Below are positions 1 to 11,094 of a stretch of DNA of 64,000 nucleotides, in pieces. This stretch comes from an uncultured cyanobacterium (GTDB lineage Bacteria; Cyanobacteriota; Cyanobacteriia; Leptolyngbyales; Leptolyngbyaceae), in assembly GCA_963766075.1 (NCBI GenBank), contig CAVYAN010000049.1, positions 13,598 through 77,597 on the forward strand, given 5' to 3'. The first letter of the stretch is position 1; every line of letters starts with the position of its first letter. The translations under genes and the position numbers were made by a program. The notes beneath the pieces are model-generated. The model ran no database searches, was not told the DNA's origin, and saw only the letters and a program-made list of their open reading frames with translations.

Positions 1-75
1 CAAGAAATCATCAGCCAGCAAGATGACCTCAAGGATCTGTTACGCGAACGCGAGCAGGCCATTCTGGGCAAGCAG

Positions 76-1059
76 TTGGTCGGGCGCTACACCATCACCA
101 AACTCTTGGGAGCCGGGGGCTTTGGTGAAACCTACATCGCCGAGGATACCCAACGCCCCGGTAATCCTCAGTGTGTCGTCAAGCAACTGCGCCCCTCCAG
201 CAACAATCCCAAGCTGCTGCAGCTTGCCCATCGGTTATTCATCCGCGAAGCCGCCACCCTGGAAAAACTGGGCAAGCACGATCGCATCCCCCAACTACTG
301 GCCCACTTTGATGAAGAAGGCGAGTTTTATCTAGTTCAAGAATATGTGCCCGGTCGCTCCCTCAGTCGCGAACTTCCCCTGGGTCGCCACCTGCCCGAGG
401 CCAGAGTCCTTACCCTCGTCCAAGAACTTCTGGAAATTCTAGAATTTGTCCATAGCCAAGGAGTGATTCACCGCGACATCAAACCCAGCAACATCATCAT
501 CCGCGAATCAGACCACAAACTCGTGCTAATCGACTTTGGCGCAGTCAAAGAAATTCACCAAATGACCGACCCCGATGAAAAAAGCCTACTCACCGTCGGC
601 ATTGGCACCCAGGGCTATATGCCCAGTGAACAATGTGCGGGCAGTCCCCGGTTCAGCAGTGATTTGTATGCTGTGGGCATGACCGCTATTCAAGCTTTGA
701 TTGGCCTACCGCCCAGTCAAATCAAGATCGATACCCATGGCGAAGTCGCATGGAAAGAAAAAACCTTAGTCAGCCATCCCCTCGCGGAAGTTTTGACTAA
801 GATGGTCCGCGCTAACCATAAAGAGCGCTATCAATCCGCCACCGAAGCCCTCCAAGCATTGCCCACCCTACAACTCCGCTATTCTGATAGCGATCCCTTG
901 GACAGCTTTCCCGATCCACAACAAACCTCTACAGACGTGCCGACGGTTACCGACTCCGCCACGGAGACCTCCACGCAACCCTGGCCTGAAACCTTCGGCT
1001 CCGCCACGCCCTCACCCACTACGACCCCAGATCCGACTGAACCGGAAGCTTCCGCCTAA
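76..1059 (+). CDS. Hanks-type Ser/Thr protein kinase with Pro/Thr/Ser-rich C-terminal tail. The frame is open back to base 1, so the N-terminus may lie upstream of the window.
   Basis: GAGGFGETY glycine loop, VVKQL lysine, HRDIKPSNIII catalytic loop, DFG, and GTQGYMPSE activation segment. TTG at 76 is the only in-window start candidate in this frame. Confidence 0.85.
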   Translation: MVGRYTITKLLGAGGFGETYIAEDTQRPGNPQCVVKQLRPSSNNPKLLQLAHRLFIREAATLEKLGKHDRIPQLLAHFDEEGEFYLVQEYVPGRSLSRELPLGRHLPEARVLTLVQELLEILEFVHSQGVIHRDIKPSNIIIRESDHKLVLIDFGAVKEIHQMTDPDEKSLLTVGIGTQGYMPSEQCAGSPRFSSDLYAVGMTAIQALIGLPPSQIKIDTHGEVAWKEKTLVSHPLAEVLTKMVRANHKERYQSATEALQALPTLQLRYSDSDPLDSFPDPQQTSTDVPTVTDSATETSTQPWPETFGSATPSPTTTPDPTEPEASA

Positions 1060-1117
1060 GGCCACCGTCTCACAATCCATGTCAGCGGCGATAGCGGCGC
1101 ACCAAGAATCCGCCCCA

Positions 1118-1777
1118 CTAGGCCCCTGACTCCAATTCATCCCCACCCTCAGTCCAAAGCACCTCGGGATCTAAGGCCGTGTAATCGGTCGTGTACTCCA
1201 TCGCGATATCCACCACCGGGTCAGCGGCGATCGCCATAGTCTCCCCAAACGGCTGCACCACAAACGGCAAAAAAGCCCCCTTCAGCCCCCGCTTAATCCG
1301 TTCTGGGGTGGCGTCAAACACCACAAATAGAGGATAGCGATGCTCTGCCCCCTCATTCAAAATGTGCTTGTGGCGCAACGGCAAATCCCACTCATATCCC
1401 TGGCTCAGCCATACTTGGGTTTGTCGCCACCGCCCTAGAAACTCCGAGAAATCCTCCTGCGGTCGGTGGATGAACACAAACACCTCAACCCCAGTTTTAA
1501 TCTTCCATTCCGGATCACACATCAAAATCGCAACATCACAGGGCAAACAGAGCGCCTCTCGCCCCGTGTCACTAGCCCCAGTCCCAGTATGCCGTCGCTG
1601 AATCACTGGCAATGGCAACGTCAACAAACTTTCTTCTGGACGCCGCATACTGGGCAGCATTTCTAGGTAAGGGCGGTGCTGTTTCAACAGGGCGATCGCC
1701 GGCCCCGTATTGCTATACTCTGCCAGCGCCGTTTCATAGACAATTTGCTCAATTCCCATCAGTTCTCCTACCGGCAT
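1118..1777 (-). CDS. hypothetical protein (no family recognised)
   Basis: 219-codon ORF, same strand as and just downstream of pilC. Composition is ordinary and there are no competing long ORFs. No motif I can name. Confidence 0.5.
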   Translation of the reverse strand: MPVGELMGIEQIVYETALAEYSNTGPAIALLKQHRPYLEMLPSMRRPEESLLTLPLPVIQRRHTGTGASDTGREALCLPCDVAILMCDPEWKIKTGVEVFVFIHRPQEDFSEFLGRWRQTQVWLSQGYEWDLPLRHKHILNEGAEHRYPLFVVFDATPERIKRGLKGAFLPFVVQPFGETMAIAADPVVDIAMEYTTDYTALDPEVLWTEGGDELESGA

Positions 1778-1882
1778 ATTCTCTAGCCCCTCGATAGGCC
1801 ATCACCATAACCAGAAACCCCCTACCTTCCACAGTAGAGGGTTCCCAAATATTCAACTCAACCCAGCGTGCTTCCGTTAAAC

Positions 1883-3109
1883 CTAGCCCAACTTCTCAAA
1901 CACCGCAAACATCGGCAAATACATCGACAGCAAGATCGATCCCACCATGCCGCCCAAAAACAAAATCATAATCGGTTCCATAATACTCGTCAGCGCCTTC
2001 ACGGCCTGCTCCACTTCGTCCTCGTAAAAGTCCGCCACTTTCATCAGCATCTTGTCAATTTCTCCCGTTTCCTCACCAATGCTGATCATTTGAATCGCCA
2101 TCAGCGGAAACACCTGCTCTTTCTGCAAAGCAATACTAATCATGCCCCCGGTTTGAATTTCTCGCCGCGCCTCATCCACCGCATTCGCAATCACCTGATT
2201 GCCCGCCGTGTCCCGCACAATTTCCAGGGAAGTCAAAATCGGTACCCCAGATCGGGTCAGCGCCCCAAAAGTACGGCAAAACCGCGCCGTTGCACTCTTT
2301 TGAATCAAGTCGCCAAACAGAGGCAACCGCAAAGACAAGCGATCAATCGTTTCACGCCCAACCCGCGTTTTGTAATATTGCTTGTAAATAAACGCCACAG
2401 TCGGAAACAGCACAATCAGGATAAACACCCGAGGGCTGCGGAGAAACTCACTAATACCCAACATCACCTGTGTAAACATGGGAAGCTCCGTCCCAATCTC
2501 CTTAAAAATCCCCGCAAAGATTGGCAGGATAAAAACCGTCATCGCAATAAAAATTACGCTGGCTAAAACACTAACCACCACTGGATACGCCAGTGCCGAC
2601 TTAATCTGATTCTGCAACCGGGCCACATCCTCTAGCAGCTTCGCCAATCGGTTCAGCACTTCATCCAGTACCCCGCCCACTTCGCCCGCCTGCACCATAC
2701 TCACGTACAGGTTGTCAAAGCAGTCCGGGTGCTTCCGCATGGCGTCGGATAAATTAGTCCCCTGTTGCACATCCGCGCTAATGCCCTGCAAAGCCCGCTT
2801 CATCTTGGGATTGGCACACTGTTCCGACAGAACCCCCAACCCACGCACCATCGCGACCCCAGCATTCACTAGCACTGCAAATTGGCGCGAAAACACCGCC
2901 TTATCTTTGACAGTGACCGAAGCCATCGAGTCCTGAAACTTCCCGAAATCGAAGTCCAAACCTCCCGATGGCTTCAAGTCTTGGATGAAATACCCCTGCG
3001 ATCGCAAGGTATCCCGCGCTTCTCGAATCGAACCAGCAGTTACCTTCTCCCGGCGGGCATTCCCTCGGGGATCTTGGACACGGGCAACAAAGGTAGGCAT
3101 AGCAAACAC
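1883..3109 (-). CDS. pilC: type IV pilus assembly platform protein PilC (GspF/T2SS-F family)
   Basis: 408 aa with the duplicated T2SS-F domain layout and three hydrophobic segments. Last gene of the pilB-pilT-pilC arrangement known from Synechocystis. Confidence 0.9.
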   Translation of the reverse strand: MFAMPTFVARVQDPRGNARREKVTAGSIREARDTLRSQGYFIQDLKPSGGLDFDFGKFQDSMASVTVKDKAVFSRQFAVLVNAGVAMVRGLGVLSEQCANPKMKRALQGISADVQQGTNLSDAMRKHPDCFDNLYVSMVQAGEVGGVLDEVLNRLAKLLEDVARLQNQIKSALAYPVVVSVLASVIFIAMTVFILPIFAGIFKEIGTELPMFTQVMLGISEFLRSPRVFILIVLFPTVAFIYKQYYKTRVGRETIDRLSLRLPLFGDLIQKSATARFCRTFGALTRSGVPILTSLEIVRDTAGNQVIANAVDEARREIQTGGMISIALQKEQVFPLMAIQMISIGEETGEIDKMLMKVADFYEDEVEQAVKALTSIMEPIMILFLGGMVGSILLSMYLPMFAVFEKLG

Positions 3110-3270
3110 CTAAAACAGACTAATTCAAAAACTGGAAGACAGAACCTGCAAGCAGATACTGGATGTTAACTCAAAATCTGAAAATCTCTGAAAATCAATC
3201 TCTGGAAATCAATGACGCTTCCCAGCAAAACCCTGTCAAAAAATCGGTCGCTTGGACCCAAAAGCCTCTG

Positions 3271-4389
3271 CTATCGACGGGCCGGAGTACCTGCCGCTGG
3301 TGGTGCCCCCGCCGGCATTCCCCCAATCAATCGCTGGAGCTCGTCCGGACGCGATGTTTTAGACATCGCCGCTTCAAAGGTAATCGTCCCCGCCTTATAC
3401 AGGTCAGACAGCACCTTTTCCAAAGTCTGCATCCCCAACTTACCGCCGGTTTGAATCGCCGAATAAACCTGAGCCGTTTTTCCTTCCCGAATCAAGTTGG
3501 AGATAGCCGGTGTGACCAACATAATTTCCTGCGCCATAATCCGACCATACTCGCCCGGTTTTACATTTTTCTTCTGAACCAGGGTTTGGCTAAATACCGC
3601 TACCAAGGAATTAGAAAGCTGCACCCTCACCTGAGTTTGCCGCTCTGATGGGAATACATCGATCATCCGGTCTACCGTTTGAGCTGCAGAACTCGTGTGT
3701 AGCGTCCCAAACACAAGGTGCCCAGTCTCCGCGGCTGAAATAGCTAGCGAAATCGTTTCCAGGTCCCGCATTTCCCCCACCAGCACAATATCCGGATCTT
3801 CCCGCAAAGCCGCTTTCAGAGCATTGGCAAAACTCTTGGTATCCTCACCCAACTGCCGCTGGTGAATCAAGCTCTTAATCGGCTCATAAACAAACTCAAT
3901 GGGATCCTCGACAGTCAGAATATGTTCAGCGCGGGTGCGGTTGATTAAATCAATCATCGCGGCCAGGGTAGTCGTCTTGCCTGATCCGGTCGGCCCCGTC
4001 ACCAAAATCAATCCTCGAGGCTTTTCAGCCATTTCCCGCACCACATCGGGTAGCCCTAACTTTTCAAAACTGGGAATCTTGGAGCTCAGGGCGCGTAAGC
4101 AGGCGGCATAGGTTCCCCGGTCCTTATAGACATTGACCCGGAATCTAGCCAGCCCCCGGACCCCGTAAGAACAGTCCAATTCCCAGTTTTGTTCTAGATT
4201 CTTACGCTGAGTGTTGTTCAGCATACTAAAGATTAGTCGTTGGCACTCCTCCGCACTCAGAGCTTGATCGCCAATCGGTTGCAAATGCCCACTGATCCGA
4301 AAGTAGGGAGGCAGCCCAGCCGTCAGGTGTAAATCTGAGCCCCCCATCTCAATGAGCTGCTCCATCAGATCTTCAATCATCAATTCCAT
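3271..4389 (-). CDS. pilT: type IV pilus retraction ATPase PilT
   Basis: N-terminal GGSDLHL, Walker A GPTGSGKTTT, Asp/His boxes (ILVGEMRD, GHLVFGTLHT). Size of ~370 aa is typical of PilT. Confidence 0.92.
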   Translation of the reverse strand: MELMIEDLMEQLIEMGGSDLHLTAGLPPYFRISGHLQPIGDQALSAEECQRLIFSMLNNTQRKNLEQNWELDCSYGVRGLARFRVNVYKDRGTYAACLRALSSKIPSFEKLGLPDVVREMAEKPRGLILVTGPTGSGKTTTLAAMIDLINRTRAEHILTVEDPIEFVYEPIKSLIHQRQLGEDTKSFANALKAALREDPDIVLVGEMRDLETISLAISAAETGHLVFGTLHTSSAAQTVDRMIDVFPSERQTQVRVQLSNSLVAVFSQTLVQKKNVKPGEYGRIMAQEIMLVTPAISNLIREGKTAQVYSAIQTGGKLGMQTLEKVLSDLYKAGTITFEAAMSKTSRPDELQRLIGGMPAGAPPAAGTPARR

Positions 4390-4504
4390 AGGGCTTACTC
4401 CTTCAAAAGTTCTTAATCAGGGAAATTCTTAGTCAAAGCGGATCAAGACGCAACAATATCCGGGTGCAATACCTTCAGGTGCAATGGATAGAGTCAGGTA
4501 TCGC

Positions 4505-6499
4505 TCAATCCTGAAAGCGGGGAGTCATGCAATAGGGGCAATCCAACCACTCCTGCTTTAGCTCGGCATTGCAATTTCGACAAGAGAGAGAGGTTTTTCG
4601 CTTCGCTTTCAATTCGGCTTCTAGGCCTGTATCTGTAAAGGTTACCCGTTCAACTTCCTCCAGAGTCGTTTGCCCCGTCCGGACCAAATTCAAGCTGTAG
4701 GCCAGCAAAGTTTGCATCCCCTCCTCTACGGCAGCTTCCTTAATCAAATCCGTGGGCACCCCTTGGCTAATCAGGGTTTGGAGGCGCTCGGTCACCCGCA
4801 TCACTTCGTACACCCCACAGCGGCCTTTGTAACCGATACCATTACATTTGGAACACAGTTGATTCCGGCTACGAGCCTCTTGAATCTCCTGCGGTTGCAG
4901 AATATTGGCACGGTAGAGTGTCAGTTCGCCATCACGCGAAGCCGATAATCCAAAACGAGCTAATTCTTCTTTGCTAGGTTGGTAAGGAATTCGGCACTCA
5001 TCACAAACCCGGCGCACAAGGCGTTGAGCGACGACACCCAACAAGGCTCCAGAAACCATGAAGGGTTCCACACCCATTTCGTCCAAGCGGGAGATCGCCC
5101 CAGCGGCATCGTTGGTGTGGAGCGTTGTCAACACCAAGTGGCCCGTCAGCGCCGCTTCAATTGCCGTTTTAGCCGTTTCCCGATCCCGCGTTTCACCCAC
5201 CAGAATCACATCGGGATCCTGCCGCAGGAATGCCCGCAGAATGGCAGCAAAATCCAAGCCTTTTTCCCGAATCACCTGAACCTGTGTCAGACCCGGCAAT
5301 GAGTACTCAATCGGATCCTCTGCTGTACTGATGTTCACCCCAGGTTCGTTCCGCTCCGCCAACGCAGAGTACAAGGTCGTCGTTTTACCCGATCCCGTTG
5401 GCCCTGTCACCAACAACAGCCCAAAGGGACGACGTACCATTTCCTGAACCACTTGCAGGGATTCCGGATCGGTAATCAATTTATCCAAACCCAGTTGGGT
5501 GGCCGAATTGTCCAGAATCCGCAGCACAACCTTCTCCCCATAACGACTGGGCAGGGTATTCACCCGGAAATCAACTTTTCGGCCATCAAAAATCCGGCGA
5601 ATCCGGCCATCTTGGGGAGCCCGCCGCTCAGCGATGTCCAACTGAGCAATAATCTTGAATCGAGCAGTCACCGCCGGAATAATTTTCTTGGGAAACGAGC
5701 CAAACGCCTCGCGCAACACCCCGTCCTTCCGAAACCGGACCCGCAGAAACTCTTCCTGGGGTTCAATGTGAATATCCGAGACTCCCTCCTGCAAAGCTTT
5801 GATCATAATTTTATTGACCAGAGCAATTACTGGAGCCGTCCCCGCATCGGAAACATCAAGATTGTCATCATCTTCCGGAGCATCTTGCAGGTCGAGGTCA
5901 CCCAGTCCATCCAAATCACCTTGGATGTCTACCTTAGACTGCTGCTCAAGCTGCTTTTCTTTTTCCGCCCGTTCATCTAGGAACTGGTTGATCAGACGCT
6001 GATAGTCTTCAATCGTAATCACAAGGCGCTTCAAGGTCATCCCCTTGGGGCGCAGAATCCGATTAAGGTCATCAATCGCCGCGAGATCATCGGGGTTGAC
6101 CATGGCAATCAACACTGATGAGGGGGGATCACCATCCTGAGACAGCGGCACCAGTTTGTGGTGACGACAAATGTCTACGGAAATCAGGTGGTCAATCAGG
6201 CTCGCAACCTGCGTGGTGGGAATTTGGCTAATTTCCGGGTCAAGGGACTCAACCCCATACAGGATCTTCAGCTCAAATAGCTGTTGCTTTTTATACTGCC
6301 GCAACAGATCGGGGGGCAACTGTTGACCCGTAATGCCAGCCAAAACATCGGTTAGGGGGCGACCCGTTTTCCGACTTTCAATTAAGGCTTGCTGCATCTG
6401 CTCGTTATTGACGTAGCCAGATTGAATCAGCTTGTTGCCAAAGGGCGAAAAATTGTTTTGGACAACAAGGGCGCGACGTTGAGATGAGGGGTTAGCCAT
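4505..6499 (-). CDS. pilB: type IV pilus extension ATPase PilB (GspE family) with an extra C-terminal zinc-ribbon
   Basis: T2SS-E N-terminal domain, Walker A GPTGSGKTTT, and the canonical tetracysteine CDEC...CSKCNGIGYKGR. An additional CRNC...CPYC sits at the extreme C-terminus. Confidence 0.92.
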   Translation of the reverse strand: MANPSSQRRALVVQNNFSPFGNKLIQSGYVNNEQMQQALIESRKTGRPLTDVLAGITGQQLPPDLLRQYKKQQLFELKILYGVESLDPEISQIPTTQVASLIDHLISVDICRHHKLVPLSQDGDPPSSVLIAMVNPDDLAAIDDLNRILRPKGMTLKRLVITIEDYQRLINQFLDERAEKEKQLEQQSKVDIQGDLDGLGDLDLQDAPEDDDNLDVSDAGTAPVIALVNKIMIKALQEGVSDIHIEPQEEFLRVRFRKDGVLREAFGSFPKKIIPAVTARFKIIAQLDIAERRAPQDGRIRRIFDGRKVDFRVNTLPSRYGEKVVLRILDNSATQLGLDKLITDPESLQVVQEMVRRPFGLLLVTGPTGSGKTTTLYSALAERNEPGVNISTAEDPIEYSLPGLTQVQVIREKGLDFAAILRAFLRQDPDVILVGETRDRETAKTAIEAALTGHLVLTTLHTNDAAGAISRLDEMGVEPFMVSGALLGVVAQRLVRRVCDECRIPYQPSKEELARFGLSASRDGELTLYRANILQPQEIQEARSRNQLCSKCNGIGYKGRCGVYEVMRVTERLQTLISQGVPTDLIKEAAVEEGMQTLLAYSLNLVRTGQTTLEEVERVTFTDTGLEAELKAKRKTSLSCRNCNAELKQEWLDCPYCMTPRFQD

Positions 6500-7069
6500 A
6501 GCAGGTTTAGAAAGTCTCTCTTTAGAATATTCCCAAAACTCTTTAGAAAAGCGCGAGCCGGTCGAACGAGTGAAGTTTCCAGCCGGCTCTATGCTAACGC
6601 TGTCTGGCCCTGAACTGAAAAACTGAAATTCGTGGGTGAGACATGGCAGTCGTATCCGTTAGAGAAATTACTAGCATTAATTCGTATTCCCATCCGGGCT
6701 GAGGGCAAACCCAATGGCACTCACAAACAATTACTCGTCAGTATCATGCCCGGTAATGCCTAAGTGTAAGCCTATAGGAGTAACGCCCATAGGCGAGCGA
6801 TAGGAGCTGAATGGTGGACGGCAAGAGCTGAATGGTAAACGGTGGGTGGGGCTGTTCAAATAATAGCTTTTGCTCATGAATTCACCGCATTTTCCGATAG
6901 GATTCCATGCTACAGGAGATAGCGCGAAGCCTATGGCTAGGGAAACCGCTAGGCAGCTTAGGGATAGAGTATCTAAAAAAATAATTCTTTCACCTCAATT
7001 TGATTCCTGCCACCGAATCGTGTCAGAGCGTATAGGATAGGGTGTGGTACGTAAGCAAATCATCGTCGA

Positions 7070-7798
7070 TTGGGATTGGGTAGAATGATGGGTGAAGAAA
7101 ATCAGGTGGAAGAGGTCCAGCAAGATGTAACCGTTGATTTCCCCGCCGAGGTAACGGCTGAAACAGAGCCGCTTAGCGAGGATGCTGTCGTATTGGATGC
7201 AGGAGATGCTGCGGAAAAAAGTGCTACTGACCCAGAGCTAGAGGTCGGCGGTCCCAGTGATATCGACTATGCAGCGCTACTGATTGCCAAGGACAATGAG
7301 ATTCTGGCTTTGAAAGCCCAAGTGGACGATCGCACCAACCAATGCGTGCGAATTGCGGCTGACTTTGATAATTTCCGCAAACGGACGCAGCGGGAAAAAG
7401 AAGAGATGGAGCAGCAAATCAAATGTACTACGATTAACGAGCTTTTGCCTGTTGTAGACAATTTCGAGCGCGCCCGTGCCCAGTTAAAACCCCAAACCGA
7501 TCAGGAAACCAATATCCACAAGAGCTACCAAAGCGTTTACAAGCAATTGGTAGACTGCCTCAAACGTATTGGCGTGGCTCCCATGCGGTCTGAGGGCAAA
7601 GAATTTGACCCCAATCTGCACGAGGCCGTCATGCGACAACCAACGGCAGAGTTTTCTGAGGGAACTGTGATGGAAGAGCTCCAGCGCGGGTACATGTTGG
7701 GCGAGCGGGTTTTGCGGCATGCGCTTGTGAAAGTTGCTGCGGCTCCAGAACCCGTGCTAACCTCTGAGGGAGCGGATCAGGGTGGACAAAGTGAGTAA
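7070..7798 (+). CDS. grpE: nucleotide exchange factor GrpE (alternative ATG start at 7085)
   Basis: RIAADFDNFRKRTQRE motif and C-terminal beta domain (GTVMEELQRGYMLGERVLRHALVKV). Lies immediately upstream of dnaK. Confidence 0.9.
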   Translation: MGLGRMMGEENQVEEVQQDVTVDFPAEVTAETEPLSEDAVVLDAGDAAEKSATDPELEVGGPSDIDYAALLIAKDNEILALKAQVDDRTNQCVRIAADFDNFRKRTQREKEEMEQQIKCTTINELLPVVDNFERARAQLKPQTDQETNIHKSYQSVYKQLVDCLKRIGVAPMRSEGKEFDPNLHEAVMRQPTAEFSEGTVMEELQRGYMLGERVLRHALVKVAAAPEPVLTSEGADQGGQSE

Positions 7799-7959
7799 TT
7801 TCTCCTAGGAACGTTGGATTAATTGCTTAGTGTGGGCATATTTAATAACAAGCTGCTGAAAAATATGCCGCTTAGATGCTTAGATGTCTGGCCTCAGCGT
7901 TTGCGGGTGTCAGATTGATCGAGAACCATTTACCTCTTGTACCTTCATCGCTATCCGAT

Positions 7960-9921
7960 ATGGGAAAAGTCATCGGGATTGACCTCGGCACAACTAATAG
8001 CTGTATAGCAGTGCTGGAAGGCGGTCAGCCGAATGTGATCGCGAGTTCAGAGGGCGGGCGAACCACCCCCAGTATCGTTGGATTTGGCAAATCCGGCGAT
8101 CGCTTGGTTGGACAACTCGCCAAGCGCCAAGGCGTCACAAACGCTGAAAATACAGTTTTTAGTATTAAACGATTCATTGGTCGTCGCTGGGACGACACTG
8201 ACATGGAGCGTTCCCGAGTTCCCTACAACTGCGTTAGGGGGAGGGACGAAACAGTTGACGTCCAAATTCGGGGTAAAACCTATACGCCCCAAGAGATCTC
8301 GGCGATGATCCTGCAAAAGTTAAAGCAGGATGCGGAGAGCTATTTGGGTGAATCCGTAGACAAAGCCGTGATCACGGTTCCGGCTTACTTCAGTGATGCC
8401 CAGCGACAGGCGACCAAGGATGCTGGCACAATCGCCGGATTGGAAGTACTGCGGATCATTAACGAGCCCACGGCGGCGGCCTTGGCCTATGGGGTTGATA
8501 AACAAGACCAAGAACAGTGCATTCTCGTATTTGACTTGGGCGGGGGCACGTTTGATGTGTCCATTTTGCAAATGGGAGATGGTGTATTTGAGGTTAAAGC
8601 CACATCGGGGAATAACCACCTGGGCGGCGATGACTTTGACGACGCGATCGTCCAATGGATGATCAGCAGTTTTCAGAGCGAAGAGGGCATCGATCTCTCC
8701 ATTGACAAGATGGCTCTCCAGCGGCTGCGCGAAGCGGCGGAAAAAGCCAAAATTGAGCTGTCCGGAACTCGGGCAACCTCGATCAATCTTCCCTTTATTA
8801 CGGCGGATGATACGGGGCCTAAGCATCTGGAAATGGAACTCACCCGCCCCAAATTTGAAGAACTGGTTAGCACGTTAGTCGAGGCGACTATTCAGCCAAC
8901 AGAGCAGGCCCTTAAGGATGCCGGGTTAACGATTGATGACATTGATCGGATCTTGTTGGTGGGTGGCTCGACCCGAATTCCCGCAGTCCAAGAGGCAATT
9001 AGTAAACGCTTCAACGGCAAAACTCCTGACAAATCAGTTAATCCGGATGAAGCGGTTGCCTTAGGTGCAGCGATCCAGGCGGGTGTGCTAGGGGGCGAAG
9101 TTAATGATTTGCTTCTGCTTGACGTAATCCCCCTGTCCCTTGGCATTGAGACCCTGGGTGAGGTTTTTACCAAAATTATTGAGCGAAACACCACAATCCC
9201 CACGAGCAAAGCTCAAATTTTCTCAACAGCCACGGATGGTCAAACTTCCGTCGAAATCCATGTTCTCCAGGGCGAACGGGCCATGGCCAAGGATAACAAG
9301 AGCTTGGGCAAGTTTCAGCTCAATGGGATTCCACCTGCTCCACGCGGCATTCCCCAAATCGAAGTCTCCTTTGATATAGATGCGAATGGCATCCTCAAGG
9401 TATCCGCTTTGGATCGGGGTACGGGCCGTGAACAAAGTGTTTCGATTACGAATACCGGCGGTCTCACTGCCAGTGAAATTGAGCGGATGCGCCAGGAAGC
9501 AGAGGTCAATGCGGATGCGGATGATCAGCGCCGGCAACTGGCTGAGCTGAAAAACCAAGGAGAAGGACTGCTGTCTAGCTATGAGAAGACCCTCCGCGAT
9601 AGTGATGAACTCATTAGCGAGGCGCTCAAAACGCAGGCGGCGCACCGGGCTGAAGAGTTATACGCCGCATTTGCGAATCCGTCTGCTACCGTAGGAGAGG
9701 TAAAACAGTTGTTGGATGCATTCCAGCAAACTTTGTTTGCCATTGGAGAGGACGTCTATCGAGGGGTCAGTCAGGCTTCTAATAGTTTTGATCCTGATCA
9801 CCCGGAGGATCCTGAATCCACGGCGTTTGCCACCCCGCGTCAGCCGTCTCGTGACGGTGGCGACGATGACTATGGTGACAATGATGCCACTGTAACGGCT
9901 GATTATGAGGCTGTAGATTAA
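7960..9921 (+). CDS. dnaK: molecular chaperone DnaK (Hsp70). The ORF track starts at 7876, but [14 protein letters not shown] at 7960 is the conserved N-terminus.
   Basis: [19 protein letters not shown] and the EEVD-less C-terminal acidic tail. Full-length Hsp70 similarity is obvious. Confidence 0.95.
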   Translation: MGKVIGIDLGTTNSCIAVLEGGQPNVIASSEGGRTTPSIVGFGKSGDRLVGQLAKRQGVTNAENTVFSIKRFIGRRWDDTDMERSRVPYNCVRGRDETVDVQIRGKTYTPQEISAMILQKLKQDAESYLGESVDKAVITVPAYFSDAQRQATKDAGTIAGLEVLRIINEPTAAALAYGVDKQDQEQCILVFDLGGGTFDVSILQMGDGVFEVKATSGNNHLGGDDFDDAIVQWMISSFQSEEGIDLSIDKMALQRLREAAEKAKIELSGTRATSINLPFITADDTGPKHLEMELTRPKFEELVSTLVEATIQPTEQALKDAGLTIDDIDRILLVGGSTRIPAVQEAISKRFNGKTPDKSVNPDEAVALGAAIQAGVLGGEVNDLLLLDVIPLSLGIETLGEVFTKIIERNTTIPTSKAQIFSTATDGQTSVEIHVLQGERAMAKDNKSLGKFQLNGIPPAPRGIPQIEVSFDIDANGILKVSALDRGTGREQSVSITNTGGLTASEIERMRQEAEVNADADDQRRQLAELKNQGEGLLSSYEKTLRDSDELISEALKTQAAHRAEELYAAFANPSATVGEVKQLLDAFQQTLFAIGEDVYRGVSQASNSFDPDHPEDPESTAFATPRQPSRDGGDDDYGDNDATVTADYEAVD

Positions 9922-9951
9922 AGTTCCCTTACCCTATCGAAGCAGCGCCCT

Positions 9952-11094
9952 ATGGCTCGTGATTATTACGAAATCCTTGGTGTTTCCCGCGACGCGGACA
10001 AAGAGGAATTAAAGCGGGCGTATCGCCGACTGGCCCGCAAATATCACCCTGACGTCAATAAGGAGCCAGGGGCGGAAGATCGATTTAAGGAAATTAATCG
10101 GGCCTATGAGGTGCTGTCTGAACCCGAAACTCGGGCTCGGTTTGACCGATTTGGTGAGGCGGGAGTCAGTGGTGCTGGAGCAGCAGCGGGCGGCTATCAA
10201 GATTTTGGCGATATGGGCGGATTCGCTGATATTTTTGAAAGCTTTTTCAGCGGGTTTTCTGGCGGCGGCATGGGAACGCAGACGGCAGCACGGCGGCGCA
10301 GTGGGCCAGTGCGGGGAGATGATTTGCGTCTGGACCTGAAATTGGAATTCCGGGAGGCGGTATTTGGGGGCGAGAAGGAAATTCGGATCAGCCATCTGGA
10401 AACTTGCCTGACCTGCGAGGGGAGCGGAGCCAAGCCAGGGACTCGTCCGCGCACATGTGCCACCTGTAATGGTGCAGGGCAGGTGCGGCGGGCAACCCGC
10501 ACGCCCTTTGGCAGCTTTACGCAAGTCTCGGTCTGTCCGACGTGTAATGGCACGGGACAGGTGATTGAGGACAAGTGCGAGTCCTGCGGAGGGGCGGGAC
10601 AGCGGCAAGAAACGAAGAAACTAAAGATTACGATTCCGGCAGGGGTCGATAATGGTACGCGTCTAAGGGTTACGGGGGAAGGCGACGCCGGACAGCGGAA
10701 TGGGCCACCGGGTGATCTTTACGTCTATCTATTTGTTAGTGAAGATGCAGAGTTTCAGCGGGAGGGCATTAATGTGCTCTCACAACTGAAGTTGAGCTAT
10801 CTGCAGGCCATTTTGGGAAGTCGGTTAGAGGTTAATACAGTGGACGGCCCGCAGGAACTGTTGGTGCCCCCAGGCACCCAGCCAAATACGGTGCTCACAC
10901 TCGAAGGCAAAGGAGTTCCGCGATTGGGTAATCCGGTGGCGCGCGGGGATCATATGATTACGGTTTCGGTCGATATTCCCACACGGATTGCTCCAGAGGA
11001 GCGCGAGTTGTTGGAGAAGTTGGCGAAGATTCGCGGCGATCGCGTCGGCAAAGGCGGCATTGAAGGCTTTATTGGCAAGATGTTTGGCGGATGA
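9952..11094 (+). CDS. dnaJ: co-chaperone DnaJ (type I)
   Basis: J domain with HPD (KYHPDVN), a G/F region, and four CxxCxGxG zinc motifs ([32 protein letters not shown]). Confidence 0.95.
   Translation: MARDYYEILGVSRDADKEELKRAYRRLARKYHPDVNKEPGAEDRFKEINRAYEVLSEPETRARFDRFGEAGVSGAGAAAGGYQDFGDMGGFADIFESFFSGFSGGGMGTQTAARRRSGPVRGDDLRLDLKLEFREAVFGGEKEIRISHLETCLTCEGSGAKPGTRPRTCATCNGAGQVRRATRTPFGSFTQVSVCPTCNGTGQVIEDKCESCGGAGQRQETKKLKITIPAGVDNGTRLRVTGEGDAGQRNGPPGDLYVYLFVSEDAEFQREGINVLSQLKLSYLQAILGSRLEVNTVDGPQELLVPPGTQPNTVLTLEGKGVPRLGNPVARGDHMITVSVDIPTRIAPEERELLEKLAKIRGDRVGKGGIEGFIGKMFGG

Noticed and set aside
1868-2566. 232-aa plus-strand ORF, rich in His/Arg/Gln/Asn
   Set aside because: It lies entirely antisense to pilC, which has unambiguous T2SS-F similarity. 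Its low-complexity basic composition is typical of a shadow frame.
6500-7069. Search for CIRCE/HrcA operator, tRNA or ncRNA in the 570-bp pilB-grpE divergent spacer
   Set aside because: No TTAGCACTC-N9-GAGTGCTAA and no tRNA-like T-arm or acceptor signature. Only short ATAGG-containing repeats and one imperfect hairpin (GCCTATAGG...CCCATAGGC) were seen, which is not enough to call a feature.
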